Origin: an uncultured SAR86 cluster bacterium
GTDB taxonomy: Bacteria; Pseudomonadota; Gammaproteobacteria; Magnimaribacterales; D2472
Direction of reading: 5' to 3'
Assembly (NCBI GenBank): GCA_902617045.1
Contig: CACMVA010000001.1
Span: forward strand, 59,519-123,518
Length of the DNA stretch: 64,000 nt
Part shown: one piece after another, positions 34,372 to 45,600 of the stretch
How the letters are laid out: every line of letters starts with the position of its first letter
Position numbering within the stretch: position 1 is the stretch's first letter
The notes under the pieces: model-generated
Told to the model about the DNA's origin: nothing
Databases searched by the model: none
The model's input: only the letters and a program-made list of their open reading frames with translations
Made by a program: the position numbers and the translations under genes

Positions 34372-35611
34372 TGTTAAATTCTTCTATAGTTTTTGAGATA
34401 ACCTTCTCATATTCTTCAGTGATCTTAATCCAATTAAAATTTTGGATTACATGTTGCCTGCCCTTCTTAGCAATTTCAATATATTTAGGATAATTCGAAA
34501 ATATCTCTTTTGCACTATTTGATATCATTTCGGAATTTTTTGGTTCAATTAATTTGGCATAATTTGATGTGAGTTCAGGAATTGCTGAAACATTTGTGGC
34601 GATTAAAGGAATCTCGCAACTCATTGCTTCAATAACAGGATAGCCAAATCCTTCATATAAAGAACTAACTATCGCAATTGAACTTGAAGCATAAAGCTCT
34701 TTAATTTCATGTTTGGATAAATTAGTTCTAAAAATAACATTTGCCTCAAGATTTAATTTTTTTATTAGTCTTTCAGTATGTCCATTTTTTTTTATTTTCC
34801 CAATAATTATTAAATGTATTTTTGGGAAATCATTTTTAAGAATTTTTAGGGCTTTTAATGTGTAATCCAAGCCCTTAAGAGGCACATCAGCACTTGCTGT
34901 GGTAATTAATCTATATTCCTTTCTTGGAAAATTTTCTATTGGTGCAAACTCATTTGTATCCAAACCGTTGTTAATAACGCTTATATTTAATTTGTTACAT
35001 TTAAATTCTTTAATTATTCCATCTCTTGAGCTATTTGATGGAGTGATTATTCTTTTAATACTAGGTGCAACTTTTTTTTGCATTTTTAAAAATGAATACC
35101 ATCTATGCCTTGAGATTTTGTATTTAATTTTTTTTGATGATTGAAGCTCATATTTATAATCAATTGTGATGGGATGATGAATTATCTCAATAAAAGGTAT
35201 TCGTTTTTGAATTTCTAGCATTCCATAACTTAATGATTGATTATCAATTATCAAATCATAATGATTGTTTGAACTTAAATATTGATTAGCCCTGACGCCA
35301 AAAGTTTTAGGCTCTGGAAAACCTCCAAATAATACTGATATGAATTCATAGTAATCATATCTACTTTTATTTTTCTTTTTTAAAAATTTCTTATATCTGT
35401 CTTTGAAGTCAAAAGTTTCAAATAAATCCAGTCCCGGTAATTTGATTAAGTTTATTCCATGATGAAGATTTGGATATGGTGGACCTGAAATTACATCTAC
35501 ATTGTGGCCCATTAAACTCAATGCATATGAGATATCTTTTACATATACTCCTTGGCCTCCACCAAATTGAGCACTTCGATAACTCAGGATTGCTATTTTT
35601 AAATTCCGCAA
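34358..35611 (-). CDS. Glycosyltransferase family 4 (GT-B, retaining)
   Basis: C-terminal EGFGYPVIEAMSCEIPLIATNVSAIPE (E-x7-E region) and N-terminal GGQGVYV. Confidence 0.85.
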   Translation of the reverse strand: MRNLKIAILSYRSAQFGGGQGVYVKDISYALSLMGHNVDVISGPPYPNLHHGINLIKLPGLDLFETFDFKDRYKKFLKKKNKSRYDYYEFISVLFGGFPEPKTFGVRANQYLSSNNHYDLIIDNQSLSYGMLEIQKRIPFIEIIHHPITIDYKYELQSSKKIKYKISRHRWYSFLKMQKKVAPSIKRIITPSNSSRDGIIKEFKCNKLNISVINNGLDTNEFAPIENFPRKEYRLITTASADVPLKGLDYTLKALKILKNDFPKIHLIIIGKIKKNGHTERLIKKLNLEANVIFRTNLSKHEIKELYASSSIAIVSSLYEGFGYPVIEAMSCEIPLIATNVSAIPELTSNYAKLIEPKNSEMISNSAKEIFSNYPKYIEIAKKGRQHVIQNFNWIKITEEYEKVISKTIEEFNNANF

Positions 35612-35615
35612 GGTT

Positions 35616-36536
35616 TTACTTAATGAACGTTAACCAGCTTTGATAGAACTTATCATGTCCAGATATTATTTCTTGAAATTTTTCTTGGAGTTGTTTTGTA
35701 ATTTCTCCTCTAGATCCATTATTTATTAAATTATTATCCAGTTTTGAAATTGGCGTTATTTCTACAGCTGTTCCAGTAAAGAAAGCTTCGTCTGCATTGA
35801 GTAGTTCGTCATAATCAAGATTTTTTTCTTTAACTTGAAGATTTAAGTCTTTGGCAATTTGAATAACCGATTGCCTGGTTATGCCATTTAAGCAGTGATC
35901 CGTAGTAGGGGTATACATATGACCGTCTTTCACAATAAAGATGTTTTCACCACTACCTTCTGAGATATACCCATTTTTATCAAGCATAATTGCTTCATCA
36001 GCTCCATTATCTAAGGCTTCGTGAAGGGCCATTGTATTACTGAAATATGTTCCAATTATTTTATTTCCAGAATGAAGAGGATTTTCATACTGCTTATGAG
36101 AGGACTTCATTACTGATATACCTTTTTCTTTTGCTTCGGGATCCATATATGATGGCCATTCCCATGCAGCTATGGCAACATTTACACTCAAATCTTTTGC
36201 TCTAAGACCAAGGCCTTCATTACCTAAATAAACAATTGGTCTTAAATATCCTTCTTTAAGATTATTTTTTTCAAGAGTCTCACATTGAGCTAAATTTAGT
36301 TCAGATTCTGAAAATGGAATACTAATACTTATTTTTGAAGCTGCATCAAAAAGCCTTTTAGTGTGATCAGATAGTCTAAATATTGCTGGTCCATTATTTG
36401 TTTTATATGCTCTTACGCCTTCAAATACTCCAGTTCCATAGTGCAAAGTATGAGATAAAATATGAACATTGGAGTCATTCCATCTCTCAAACGATCCATT
36501 TTTCCATATATATTTATTTTCAGTATCTACAAACAC
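35616..36536 (-). CDS. ilvE: Branched-chain amino acid aminotransferase
   Basis: 306-aa class IV aminotransferase with GTGVFEGVRAY, GYLRP, ENIF and FFTGTAVEITP. Confidence 0.9.
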   Translation of the reverse strand: MFVDTENKYIWKNGSFERWNDSNVHILSHTLHYGTGVFEGVRAYKTNNGPAIFRLSDHTKRLFDAASKISISIPFSESELNLAQCETLEKNNLKEGYLRPIVYLGNEGLGLRAKDLSVNVAIAAWEWPSYMDPEAKEKGISVMKSSHKQYENPLHSGNKIIGTYFSNTMALHEALDNGADEAIMLDKNGYISEGSGENIFIVKDGHMYTPTTDHCLNGITRQSVIQIAKDLNLQVKEKNLDYDELLNADEAFFTGTAVEITPISKLDNNLINNGSRGEITKQLQEKFQEIISGHDKFYQSWLTFIK

Positions 36537-36599
36537 GTTTCAAGATATAATTGTGAATGATTATTATTGCAAAATCATACCTATAACTAAAGTAAAATT

Positions 36600-37970
36600 A
36601 TGGAAATAGCAAAATCAATTTTCAGAGAATATGACATTAGGGGGATTTATCCTGATCAAGTAAATGAAAATGCAATAAGTCTTATAGCAAAAGCTATTGC
36701 TATAAAATGCGATCAAGAGAATGTTAGAGAAATATGCATTGGTAGAGACGGCAGACTGTCGGGAGAATCTCTTCTCAAATCATTAGAAAAATCTCTTTCT
36801 TGTTATGGAATCAATATACAAAATATTGGTTTAGTTACAACTCCACTACTTTACTATGCAGCAAAAAAAAATAAGTGTAAGAGTGGTGTGATGATTACAG
36901 GCAGTCATAACCCTAAAAATTATAATGGCATAAAACTCATTATCAACGACAAGCCGGTTTCTGGAAACGAGATATATAAATTACTTGATAGAAATAAAGA
37001 TAAGTCAGAAGTTCCAGGCAAAATTGAATTCTTTGATATCAAAAGTAATTATATTGAAGAAGTAAAAAATAATATTCAGATTGATGAGAATTTTAAATTA
37101 AAAGTGGTTATTGATTGTGGGAATGGTGCTGCAGGATGTATAGCCCCAAAACTATTTAGCGAACTAGGCTGTGAAGTTATTGAACTTTTCACTGAAGTAG
37201 ATGGAAATTTTCCTAATCACCATCCTGATCCAGGCAAATTAGAAAATCTTCAGGATTTAATTGCAAAAGTTAAATTGACAAAAGCTGATTTGGGTTTAGC
37301 ATTTGATGGTGATGGAGATCGAGTTGGTTTAATTACTGATAGAGGCGATGTTATTTATCCTGACAAAATCTTGATGATGTTCTGCAAAGAAATCCTTAAT
37401 ATAAACAAAGGGTCTATAATCTTTGATGTTAAATGTACGAATGCCCTTCCAGATTTGATAAAAAATTTAGGCGGAACACCAATAATGTCGCCTACTGGAC
37501 ACTTTCATATCAAAAATGGTATCAAAGAACATAATCCACTCCTTGCAGGTGAAATGAGTGGTCATATTTTTTTTAATGACAAATGGCATGGCTTTGATGA
37601 TGGACATTATTCAGGTGCAAGAATTATTGAGTTAATATCAAATAATAAAAGAAGTATTTCTGCTATTAATAATGATTTACCAAATTTATTTTCAACTCCA
37701 GAATTAAATATTACGGTGACTGACGAAACAAAATTTCAAATAATTGAAGATTTTTCTATGAAATGTAATTTAGAAGGAGAAAAAATAAATATAGATGGAT
37801 TAAGAATAAATTTTAAAAACGGCTGGGGGCTTTTAAGAGCATCTAATACAACACCAAAATTGGTAATGAGGTTTGAAGGAAATACTGAAGATGATTTAAA
37901 AGAAATTCAAAATAATTTTTTACATGAACTTTCTCGCATTTGCCCAAATATTGATATAAATTTAGATTAA
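36600..37970 (+). CDS. algC: Phosphomannomutase / phosphoglucomutase
   Basis: Active-site TGSHNPKNYNGIK, metal loop FDGDGDR and GEMSGH. Whether this is the AlgC or ManB orthologue is uncertain. Confidence 0.88.
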   Translation: MEIAKSIFREYDIRGIYPDQVNENAISLIAKAIAIKCDQENVREICIGRDGRLSGESLLKSLEKSLSCYGINIQNIGLVTTPLLYYAAKKNKCKSGVMITGSHNPKNYNGIKLIINDKPVSGNEIYKLLDRNKDKSEVPGKIEFFDIKSNYIEEVKNNIQIDENFKLKVVIDCGNGAAGCIAPKLFSELGCEVIELFTEVDGNFPNHHPDPGKLENLQDLIAKVKLTKADLGLAFDGDGDRVGLITDRGDVIYPDKILMMFCKEILNINKGSIIFDVKCTNALPDLIKNLGGTPIMSPTGHFHIKNGIKEHNPLLAGEMSGHIFFNDKWHGFDDGHYSGARIIELISNNKRSISAINNDLPNLFSTPELNITVTDETKFQIIEDFSMKCNLEGEKINIDGLRINFKNGWGLLRASNTTPKLVMRFEGNTEDDLKEIQNNFLHELSRICPNIDINLD

Positions 37971-37973
37971 TTA

Positions 37974-38543
37974 ATGAAAAAAGACAGAAAAAACATCATT
38001 CTTGAATCTTTGGCAGCTATGCTTGAAGAAAAGAATATGTCAAAAATAACAACTGCATCTTTGGCTGAAAAATCAAACATAACTGAAGCAGCACTTTACA
38101 GACACTTTCCAAGTAAAAGATCTATTTATGCTGAACTTTTCTCATTTTGTGATGATACAATTTTTGCAAAATGTAATGAGCTCAAAAAAGAAAAAATATC
38201 TGCTCAAGAAAAGGTAAAAAAAATATTCATTTTCTTTATGTTGTTTATAGAAAAGAATAAGGGTTTCGCAAGGCTGCTCTCAAGAGAAGCTCTTTCATCT
38301 GCTGAACAGAACGTGAGTGACAATGTTAATCAATTCTATGAAAGATTTGAGCTTGTTCTTAGGCAGATGCTCAAAGAAGATGAAAAGAATCTAACAACCC
38401 AAGCAGGTATTTCGGCACAATTAATAATTACTGTTCTAGAAGGTAATATAGGCAGATATATTAGATCTAAGTTTAAAGATTCTCCATCAACATATATTGA
38501 AAATATTTGGGCACTTTTGTCATTAAGTATATTTAAAAATTAA
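37974..38543 (+). CDS. slmA: Nucleoid occlusion factor SlmA (TetR family)
   Basis: [11 protein letters not shown]....[25 protein letters not shown] closely parallels E. coli SlmA (ILQSLALMLES...[24 protein letters not shown], from memory). The C-terminal EG....F.RS.FK is also shared. Confidence 0.75.
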   Translation: [189 protein letters not shown]

Positions 38544-40978
38544 TTTATATTTTCGTCTAAAAATAATTCAAAGTAGCTATTTTCAAGTGATTCTTTGTCT
38601 ATCTCTCCAGTATTTTTATTAACTCTTACAAAAGAAATATTTTCAGGAATTTCTTCATTTGATATCTCCAGACTCTTAAGTTTGAAATCCATATAATTTA
38701 TCCAGATTGGCAATGCAATTGTCGAACCATACTCATCTTCACCTAACGAAGTAAAATCATCTGTACCTACCCAAACTGTTGTAACTAAATCTTTATGGAA
38801 TCCTGAAAACCATGTGCTAACTGAATCATTGGTTGTTCCAGTTTTGCCGCCAATATCATCTCTTCCAAGAAATTCAGATTTCCTTCCAGCAACACCATTT
38901 TTCATAAAGCTTTTTAAGGTATCTGCCATCAAAAATGAGATCCTTTCGTCGATAACTCTCTTATCTTTGTTTAAAGGTTTCAAAATATAATATGGTTTTT
39001 TGGCATTCATCTCTATAGTATCAAGCCAAGGAAAAGCTGAAATATCTTGGTTATCAAATTGATTGTTATATTCATTATGAGAGAAAATAATATTGCCATC
39101 TCTATCTTTAATACTGTCAATGAAGTGAATATCTGGTATGAAACCATTATTTGCAATAACACTGTAAGCTCTTACCATTTCAGCAGCAGAAAAATTACCT
39201 GAACCTAAAGCTAGAGATAAATCATTGGGAAGTCTTGATTTTGTGAAACCAAAATTATTCAAATATGTATGGGAATTTTCAATTCCAAGTTCTCTTAAAA
39301 GTTTAATCGAAACAACATTGACTGATTTTACTAGAGCATCTCTAATAGATATTGGTCCATAAAATTCTCCAGTATAATTTTGAGGTCTCCATTCGCTTTC
39401 AAGATTTTCATCTTCAAAAACTATAGGAGCATCATTAATTAAAGTTGATAAATTATATCCGCTTGCCAAGCTAGAAGAATATATGAAGGGTTTGAAGCTC
39501 GATCCAGATTGAGGGAATGATAACCTTACGCGGTCAAAGTTACTCTCGTTGAAATTTTTACCTCCAACATAAGCTATAACTTCTCCAGAATTTGGATTAA
39601 TAGAGATCAAAGATGACTCAATATTTGGTATCTGGTCAAAAATATATGAATCATCATTAGTTTTTAGATAGATAAAGTCGCCAAAACTTAAAATCTGATT
39701 AAATGAACTGGGCTTTGGGCCTAGTTCATTTATAGATATTTGTTCTCTCGCCCAATCATATTCTTCTTTCCATGCGATGCTACCTAAATCAAAATCTTCG
39801 TTTATAAATGTTATTTTTTCGTTTGTTGCATTTATTACTATCGCTTTAATATGCGTTTTATAAAAGGCATATGAATCAAATATCTTGCTAAGTTTATTTG
39901 AAAGATTATCTTCATCTAGATCAATATCTTGAAAATAAGAGTTATCAAAAAGAAACCTAATATCTGAGTTTTCCAGAAGTCTTTGCTGTTCGCTGCTAAA
40001 AAGATTTCCATAGTTATCTGGTTTTCTCCAACCATGTCTTTTGTCGTACAAGAATAATTCGTTTAAAACACTTGCTACTGAAGAAGTTTGTGACTGTGAG
40101 TCAATAGTTGTATAAACAGACCAGCCCTCTTTATATGCTCTAAGGCCATATCTTTTTATAACTTCTTGCCTAACATGCTCTGCTAAATGTTTGGCATCAA
40201 CATCATATAAATTTATATTCTTAGCTATTTGAATATCATCGGAAATAGCCTCCAGATATTCTTTTTCAGAAATATGATCTAACAAAAACATTCTTGATAA
40301 AATCCAATCCCTTCTTTGAAGGGTTCTTCTAAGATTCTTTACAGGATTAATCCTAGAGGGAAGTTGTGCAATTGCTGCTATGGTTGCCGATTCGCTAATA
40401 CTTAATTCTGATAAGTTTTTATTAAAATATGTGTTAGCTGCAGCTTCAATTCCGTATGAACGGTTTCCTAAAAAAATTCTATTTACGTAAAGCTCAAATA
40501 TTTCTTCTTTTTCAACTTTACCTTCAAGTTCGAGTGCTAAAAAAATTTCTTTAATTTTTCTTATTATTGTTTGTTCAGGTGTTAAAAGGTATCCCCTGAC
40601 TACTTGCATAGTTATAGTCCCACCGCCACCTTGGCATCCAGAGGGCCCTACACATCTCACAAAAGATCTTATTAATCCTGTATAACTTATACCTTGATGG
40701 TTAAAAAAGTTATCATCTTCTGCTGATAAAAAAGCATTTTTAATGTCTATTGGAATATCATCAAAACTAGTTGCCCTTCTTTTTATCTCACCAAATTCAC
40801 CAATTAAATATCCATCTTTAGTATAAACCTTTAGTGGCATTTGAAGTTCAGACTCATCTACATACTTAATTTCAGGAAGATTTGGTTTAATTGCCAAGTA
40901 TGTTCCGATGGTCAAAAAAATTGAAAGAACACAAACAATAATGCCAATAATAAATAGATTTTTTATAATTTTTTGCAT
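38540..40978 (-). CDS. mrcA: Penicillin-binding protein 1A (bifunctional transglycosylase/transpeptidase)
   Basis: GT51 motifs EDDNFFNHQGI and RKIKE..LALELE. Transpeptidase motifs SGSSFKP (SxxK) and KTGTTND. Confidence 0.9.
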   Translation of the reverse strand: MQKIIKNLFIIGIIVCVLSIFLTIGTYLAIKPNLPEIKYVDESELQMPLKVYTKDGYLIGEFGEIKRRATSFDDIPIDIKNAFLSAEDDNFFNHQGISYTGLIRSFVRCVGPSGCQGGGGTITMQVVRGYLLTPEQTIIRKIKEIFLALELEGKVEKEEIFELYVNRIFLGNRSYGIEAAANTYFNKNLSELSISESATIAAIAQLPSRINPVKNLRRTLQRRDWILSRMFLLDHISEKEYLEAISDDIQIAKNINLYDVDAKHLAEHVRQEVIKRYGLRAYKEGWSVYTTIDSQSQTSSVASVLNELFLYDKRHGWRKPDNYGNLFSSEQQRLLENSDIRFLFDNSYFQDIDLDEDNLSNKLSKIFDSYAFYKTHIKAIVINATNEKITFINEDFDLGSIAWKEEYDWAREQISINELGPKPSSFNQILSFGDFIYLKTNDDSYIFDQIPNIESSLISINPNSGEVIAYVGGKNFNESNFDRVRLSFPQSGSSFKPFIYSSSLASGYNLSTLINDAPIVFEDENLESEWRPQNYTGEFYGPISIRDALVKSVNVVSIKLLRELGIENSHTYLNNFGFTKSRLPNDLSLALGSGNFSAAEMVRAYSVIANNGFIPDIHFIDSIKDRDGNIIFSHNEYNNQFDNQDISAFPWLDTIEMNAKKPYYILKPLNKDKRVIDERISFLMADTLKSFMKNGVAGRKSEFLGRDDIGGKTGTTNDSVSTWFSGFHKDLVTTVWVGTDDFTSLGEDEYGSTIALPIWINYMDFKLKSLEISNEEIPENISFVRVNKNTGEIDKESLENSYFELFLDENIN

Positions 40979-41081
40979 ATCTCATTTTAAATCTTAAATA
41001 ATGCAGAATAAATATTTTTAGTATTTAAAAAGTGTAATTTTCAATCTAGATGTTAAAATCTCGGCTGAAAAATTATTTACT

Positions 41082-41585
41082 ATGAATATTTTTATTGTTG
41101 GTCCAATGGGTTCCGGTAAATCTACCGTTGGCAAAATTATATCTGATGAATTATTTTTAAATTTTTTCGATACAGATGACGAAATCGAAGCAAGAACAGG
41201 TGCATCAATTGATTGGATATTTGATTTAGAAGGCGAAGATGGTTTCCGTAAACGAGAAAGTGAAATGCTTGAAGAAATGGTTAAAAAAAATTCAATAGTT
41301 TTATCTACTGGTGGGGGAATAATATTATCAAAATTAAATAGAGAACTATTATCATCAAGGGGAACAGTCTTTTATCTATCTACCCCTATTTCAACTCAGG
41401 TAGAGAGAACCTCTAAAGATAAGGACCGGCCATTGTTAAAAAATGGAGATCCAGGCGAAATACTTACAAAGCTTCATAATGAAAGAAAAGACTTCTATAA
41501 AGCAGTATCGGATCATGTAATTGATACAGAAAATAAATCAAGTCAAGAAGTTGCATCTGAAATAATTAAGGTAGTTAAAATTTAA
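41082..41585 (+). CDS. aroK: Shikimate kinase
   Basis: P-loop GPMGSGKSTVG, plus DTDDEIE and LSTGGG. Confidence 0.9.
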   Translation: MNIFIVGPMGSGKSTVGKIISDELFLNFFDTDDEIEARTGASIDWIFDLEGEDGFRKRESEMLEEMVKKNSIVLSTGGGIILSKLNRELLSSRGTVFYLSTPISTQVERTSKDKDRPLLKNGDPGEILTKLHNERKDFYKAVSDHVIDTENKSSQEVASEIIKVVKI

Positions 41586-41587
41586 TT

Positions 41588-42652
41588 ATGGCTGTATTAA
41601 GTGCTGGAAAAGGTGAGTCTAAATATAATATCCATATCTCTAATAAGAAGATTCCAAAAAATGTCCTTAATAAAATCCTTTCAACAAAGAATAAAGTATT
41701 AATTATTACTGATAGTGGAGTACCTAACCAATATTTAAAAAGTCTTAAAAAAGATATTAATACAAAAAATCAATATTCTTTGATTTTAGCTAAAGGTGAA
41801 ATATCTAAATCATTTAAGTCTTATCAAAAAATTCTCAATAAGCTTGTTGAATTAAAATTTGACCGTTCAGATTATCTCATAGCTTTAGGTGGTGGTGTCA
41901 TTGGTGATGTAACAGGTTTTGCAGCATCTAGTTATCTTAGGGGTATAGGTTATATTCAAATTCCCACAACACTACTCTCACAAGTAGACTCGTCGGTTGG
42001 AGGTAAAACAGCTGTTAATCTTGCTCAAGGTAAAAACCTTGTTGGAGCTTTTTATAATCCAAGGTTGGTGTTAATTTCTACATCTTTTTTAAAGACATTA
42101 TCAGATAAAGAATACAAATCAGGTCTTGGTGAAATAGTAAAATATTCTTTAATTGGTAATAAAAAATTAAAGAAAATAATTGAGGACCGATCACAACTAA
42201 TAGTTGATAAAGATGAGTCAACTTTAAAAGTTTTAATAGAAGAATCTATAAAAACAAAATCAAAAATTGTCACAAAGGATGAAAAAGAGTCAGGTATAAG
42301 AGCCATATTAAATTTTGGACACACATTTGGCCACGCAATTGAAGCGTATAATAATTATAAAAATATAACGCACGGAGCAGCAATTACACTAGGCATGGTG
42401 ATTGCATCAAAGTTATCATTTTACGAAGGACATATTAAAGATTATCAGCTAGACAATATCATAAACATGATTGAGTCCCTTGGACTAAATACAGATCATA
42501 GCAATTATAGTTACTCTAAATTAAAAAAATATATGGCATCAGATAAAAAAGTTAAAGATGGGAAACTTAATTTAATTTTAATAGATAAAAAATTTAATGC
42601 CTTTAAAACTTCAAAATATAATATCAAAAATATCACAAGTGCCCTAAATTAA
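41588..42652 (+). CDS. aroB: 3-dehydroquinate synthase
   Basis: GGGVIGDVTGFAA, VDSSVGGKTAVN and FGHTFGHAIE. Confidence 0.9.
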   Translation: MAVLSAGKGESKYNIHISNKKIPKNVLNKILSTKNKVLIITDSGVPNQYLKSLKKDINTKNQYSLILAKGEISKSFKSYQKILNKLVELKFDRSDYLIALGGGVIGDVTGFAASSYLRGIGYIQIPTTLLSQVDSSVGGKTAVNLAQGKNLVGAFYNPRLVLISTSFLKTLSDKEYKSGLGEIVKYSLIGNKKLKKIIEDRSQLIVDKDESTLKVLIEESIKTKSKIVTKDEKESGIRAILNFGHTFGHAIEAYNNYKNITHGAAITLGMVIASKLSFYEGHIKDYQLDNIINMIESLGLNTDHSNYSYSKLKKYMASDKKVKDGKLNLILIDKKFNAFKTSKYNIKNITSALN

Positions 42653-45600
42653 GCAGCGCTTGCAGTTGTTGCTTTTAATAAATCCTGAATATTTGTAGCT
42701 GCTGGTACCACAAGCCAAAAATGACTTTCAAATTTGTCAAAATCATCTAATATTTCCTTTGCCTTTTTACTATTAGTATATTTATAGTGATTACTTAGAA
42801 TTTCTTTTAAATGCTTTCTGTGAGGCTGCATTTCTTCTGTAGTTATTCTTTCTAATCCTACTAATCCTCTGTTACATTTGTCGAAGAATGTCCTATCTTC
42901 GTCCAATACATATGCAAAACCTCCTGTCATGCCTGCTGCAAAATTTAATCCAACATTACCAAGAATAGTTACATGACCACCGGTCATGTACTCACAGCAA
43001 TGATCGCCAGCACCTTCAATAACTGCTTTAGCACCTGAATTTCTTACCGCAAACCTTTCTCCAACTGAACCAGATATATAAACTTCCCCACCAGTTGCTC
43101 CATAAAGGCATGTATTGCCAGCAAGAATAGTTTTTTCATCATTAATGGCAAAATCAGCATCATTTTTGATAATTATTTTTCCTCCATTCATACCTTTTCC
43201 AACATAATCGTTAGCATCACCATTAAGAGTAATATTTAATCCGTTAGCATTCCAACATCCAAAACTTTGTCCAGCAGACCCAACAAAGTTAAGATTTAGA
43301 CTGCCTGATAGTCCATTTTCGCCATATCTAGATGCAATTTCTCCTGAAACATTTGCACCGACAGATCGGTCAGTGTTTGAAATGTTATAACTAAAACTGC
43401 CTTTTTTATCTTTATTAATAATATCTTTCACATCAGACAATATCTTTCTAGATAAATCTGCTTTATCCCAAGGATTATTTTTTGATACTTTGCAAAAATT
43501 AGATTCTTTATTGTTTAAATCTGAATATAAAATTGAAGATAGATCAATATTTTTTAGATAATCTTCAATTTCGTCCAATTGATATAAGTAGTGTGTCTTA
43601 CCAATAATATCTTCAAGTTGTTTTACACCTAACTCAGCTAAATATTTTCTTACATCATTGGCAATGAAATTAAAGTAATTTATTACTCTCTCTTTTTCGC
43701 CTATAAAATGTTGATTAATTAAGTCTTTTCTTTGTGTGGCTACTCCAGTAGCACAATTATTTAAATGGCAGATTCTTAAATACTTACATCCCATTGCTAT
43801 CATTGGTCCTGTTCCAAAACCAAATGATTCTGCGCCAAGCATTGCCGCTTTAATAACATCAAGACCGGTTTTCATTCCACCGTCAGCTTGCAGCCTAATT
43901 TTGTGACGAAGTCCGCTGTCTCTTAGACTTTGATGAGCCTCTGCCAAACCTAGCTCCCATGGCGATCCTGCATATCTTATTGAAGTGAGAGGACTCGCAC
44001 CTGTTCCACCATCATGACCAGAAATAGTAATTAAATCTGCATATGCTTTTGCTACGCCTGATGCAATGGTTCCCACACCTGGTTCTGAGACAAGCTTTAC
44101 AGATACAAGTGCTTTTGAATTAACTTGCTTAAGATCGAAAATCAATTGTGCTAAGTCTTCAATCGAGTAAATATCATGATGTGGAGGTGGAGAAATTAGG
44201 GTAACTCCAGGAGTTGAATACCTCAATTTAGCAATCAAGCTATCAACTTTTCCGCCAGGTAATTGACCTCCCTCACCGGGTTTTGCTCCTTGTGCAATTT
44301 TTATTTGTAATACTTCAGCATTAACTAAATAATGTGGTGTTACTCCAAATCTTCCAGAAGCGACTTGTTTAATTTTCGACATTTTTAATGTGTCATATCT
44401 TTCTTTCGCTTCACCTCCTTCACCAGAATTTGATCTCGATCCAAGCGAATTCATTGCCTCTGCTAATGTTTCATGAGCTTTTGGAGATAACGCACCTAGA
44501 CTCATTCCAGCAGAATCAAATCTCTTTAATATTTTTTTATTAGCTTCAACCTCTTTTATATCAATACTTTTTTTAGATTTTTTAATTCCAAGGATATCCC
44601 TCAACATTGCCGGAGGTCTTTTATCAACTAGATCCGCATATTCCTGATATTTTTGGTCTGAACCAGTCGAAACAGCCTCCTGAAGTTTTTTTACAATCTC
44701 TGGATTGTATGTATGATATTCGCCACCATGAACATATTTTAAGAGTCCTCCTACACTAATATCAGATAAATTAGATGTAGCGTATTCACTTAATTTTTTA
44801 TTTTCATTGTCTAGATCATCAAAATTTTTACCTGCAATTCTACTTATAGAGTTTGTAAAACATAAATCAATAACATCATTGTTAAGTCCAACTATTTCAA
44901 ATAACTGTGAACCTCTATAACTAGAAATTGATGATATACCCATCTTTGAAATTATTTTTAATAAACCTTTATTAACTCCTTTTCTATATCTAGCGCAATT
45001 TTCATGTGGCATTCCTTTAATCTCATTTCTATCGGAAAGATCGAGAATTGTTTGATACGCAAGTGATGGATATACAGCAGTTGCACCAAAACCTATAAGG
45101 CATGCAATTTGATGTGTATCTCTAGCAGATGATGTTGATATAACTATGTTTGCATCAGATCTTAATCCAAGACTTACAAGCTTTTGATGAACACAGCCTA
45201 CAGCAAGCAATGCGTTGATCGGTAAATAATCTTTGCTTGGTACTTTTTCAACAAGATGAATAATAACTTTTCCATTTTTAACCTCTTTTACAACATTTTC
45301 TTGGAGTTTCTTTAGAGCTTTTTCTAAGCTGGAACTTTTTGCATACTCAAGATCAATCTCTATATTACTGAAATGTTTATTGTTAATAATCGACTGTAGT
45401 TTTTTAAATGATAGTACAGGTGATGTAGTTACTAATCTTTTGGCATGATCAGGCGTTTCATCAAATACATTAAGTTCTGGTCCATAACAAGTTTCTAGAG
45501 ACATAACACTAGCCTCTCTCAAAGAATCAATAGGAGGATTTGTTACTTGTGCAAATTGTTGTCTAAAGTAATCGTATATTTGTCTGTGCATTTTACTCAT

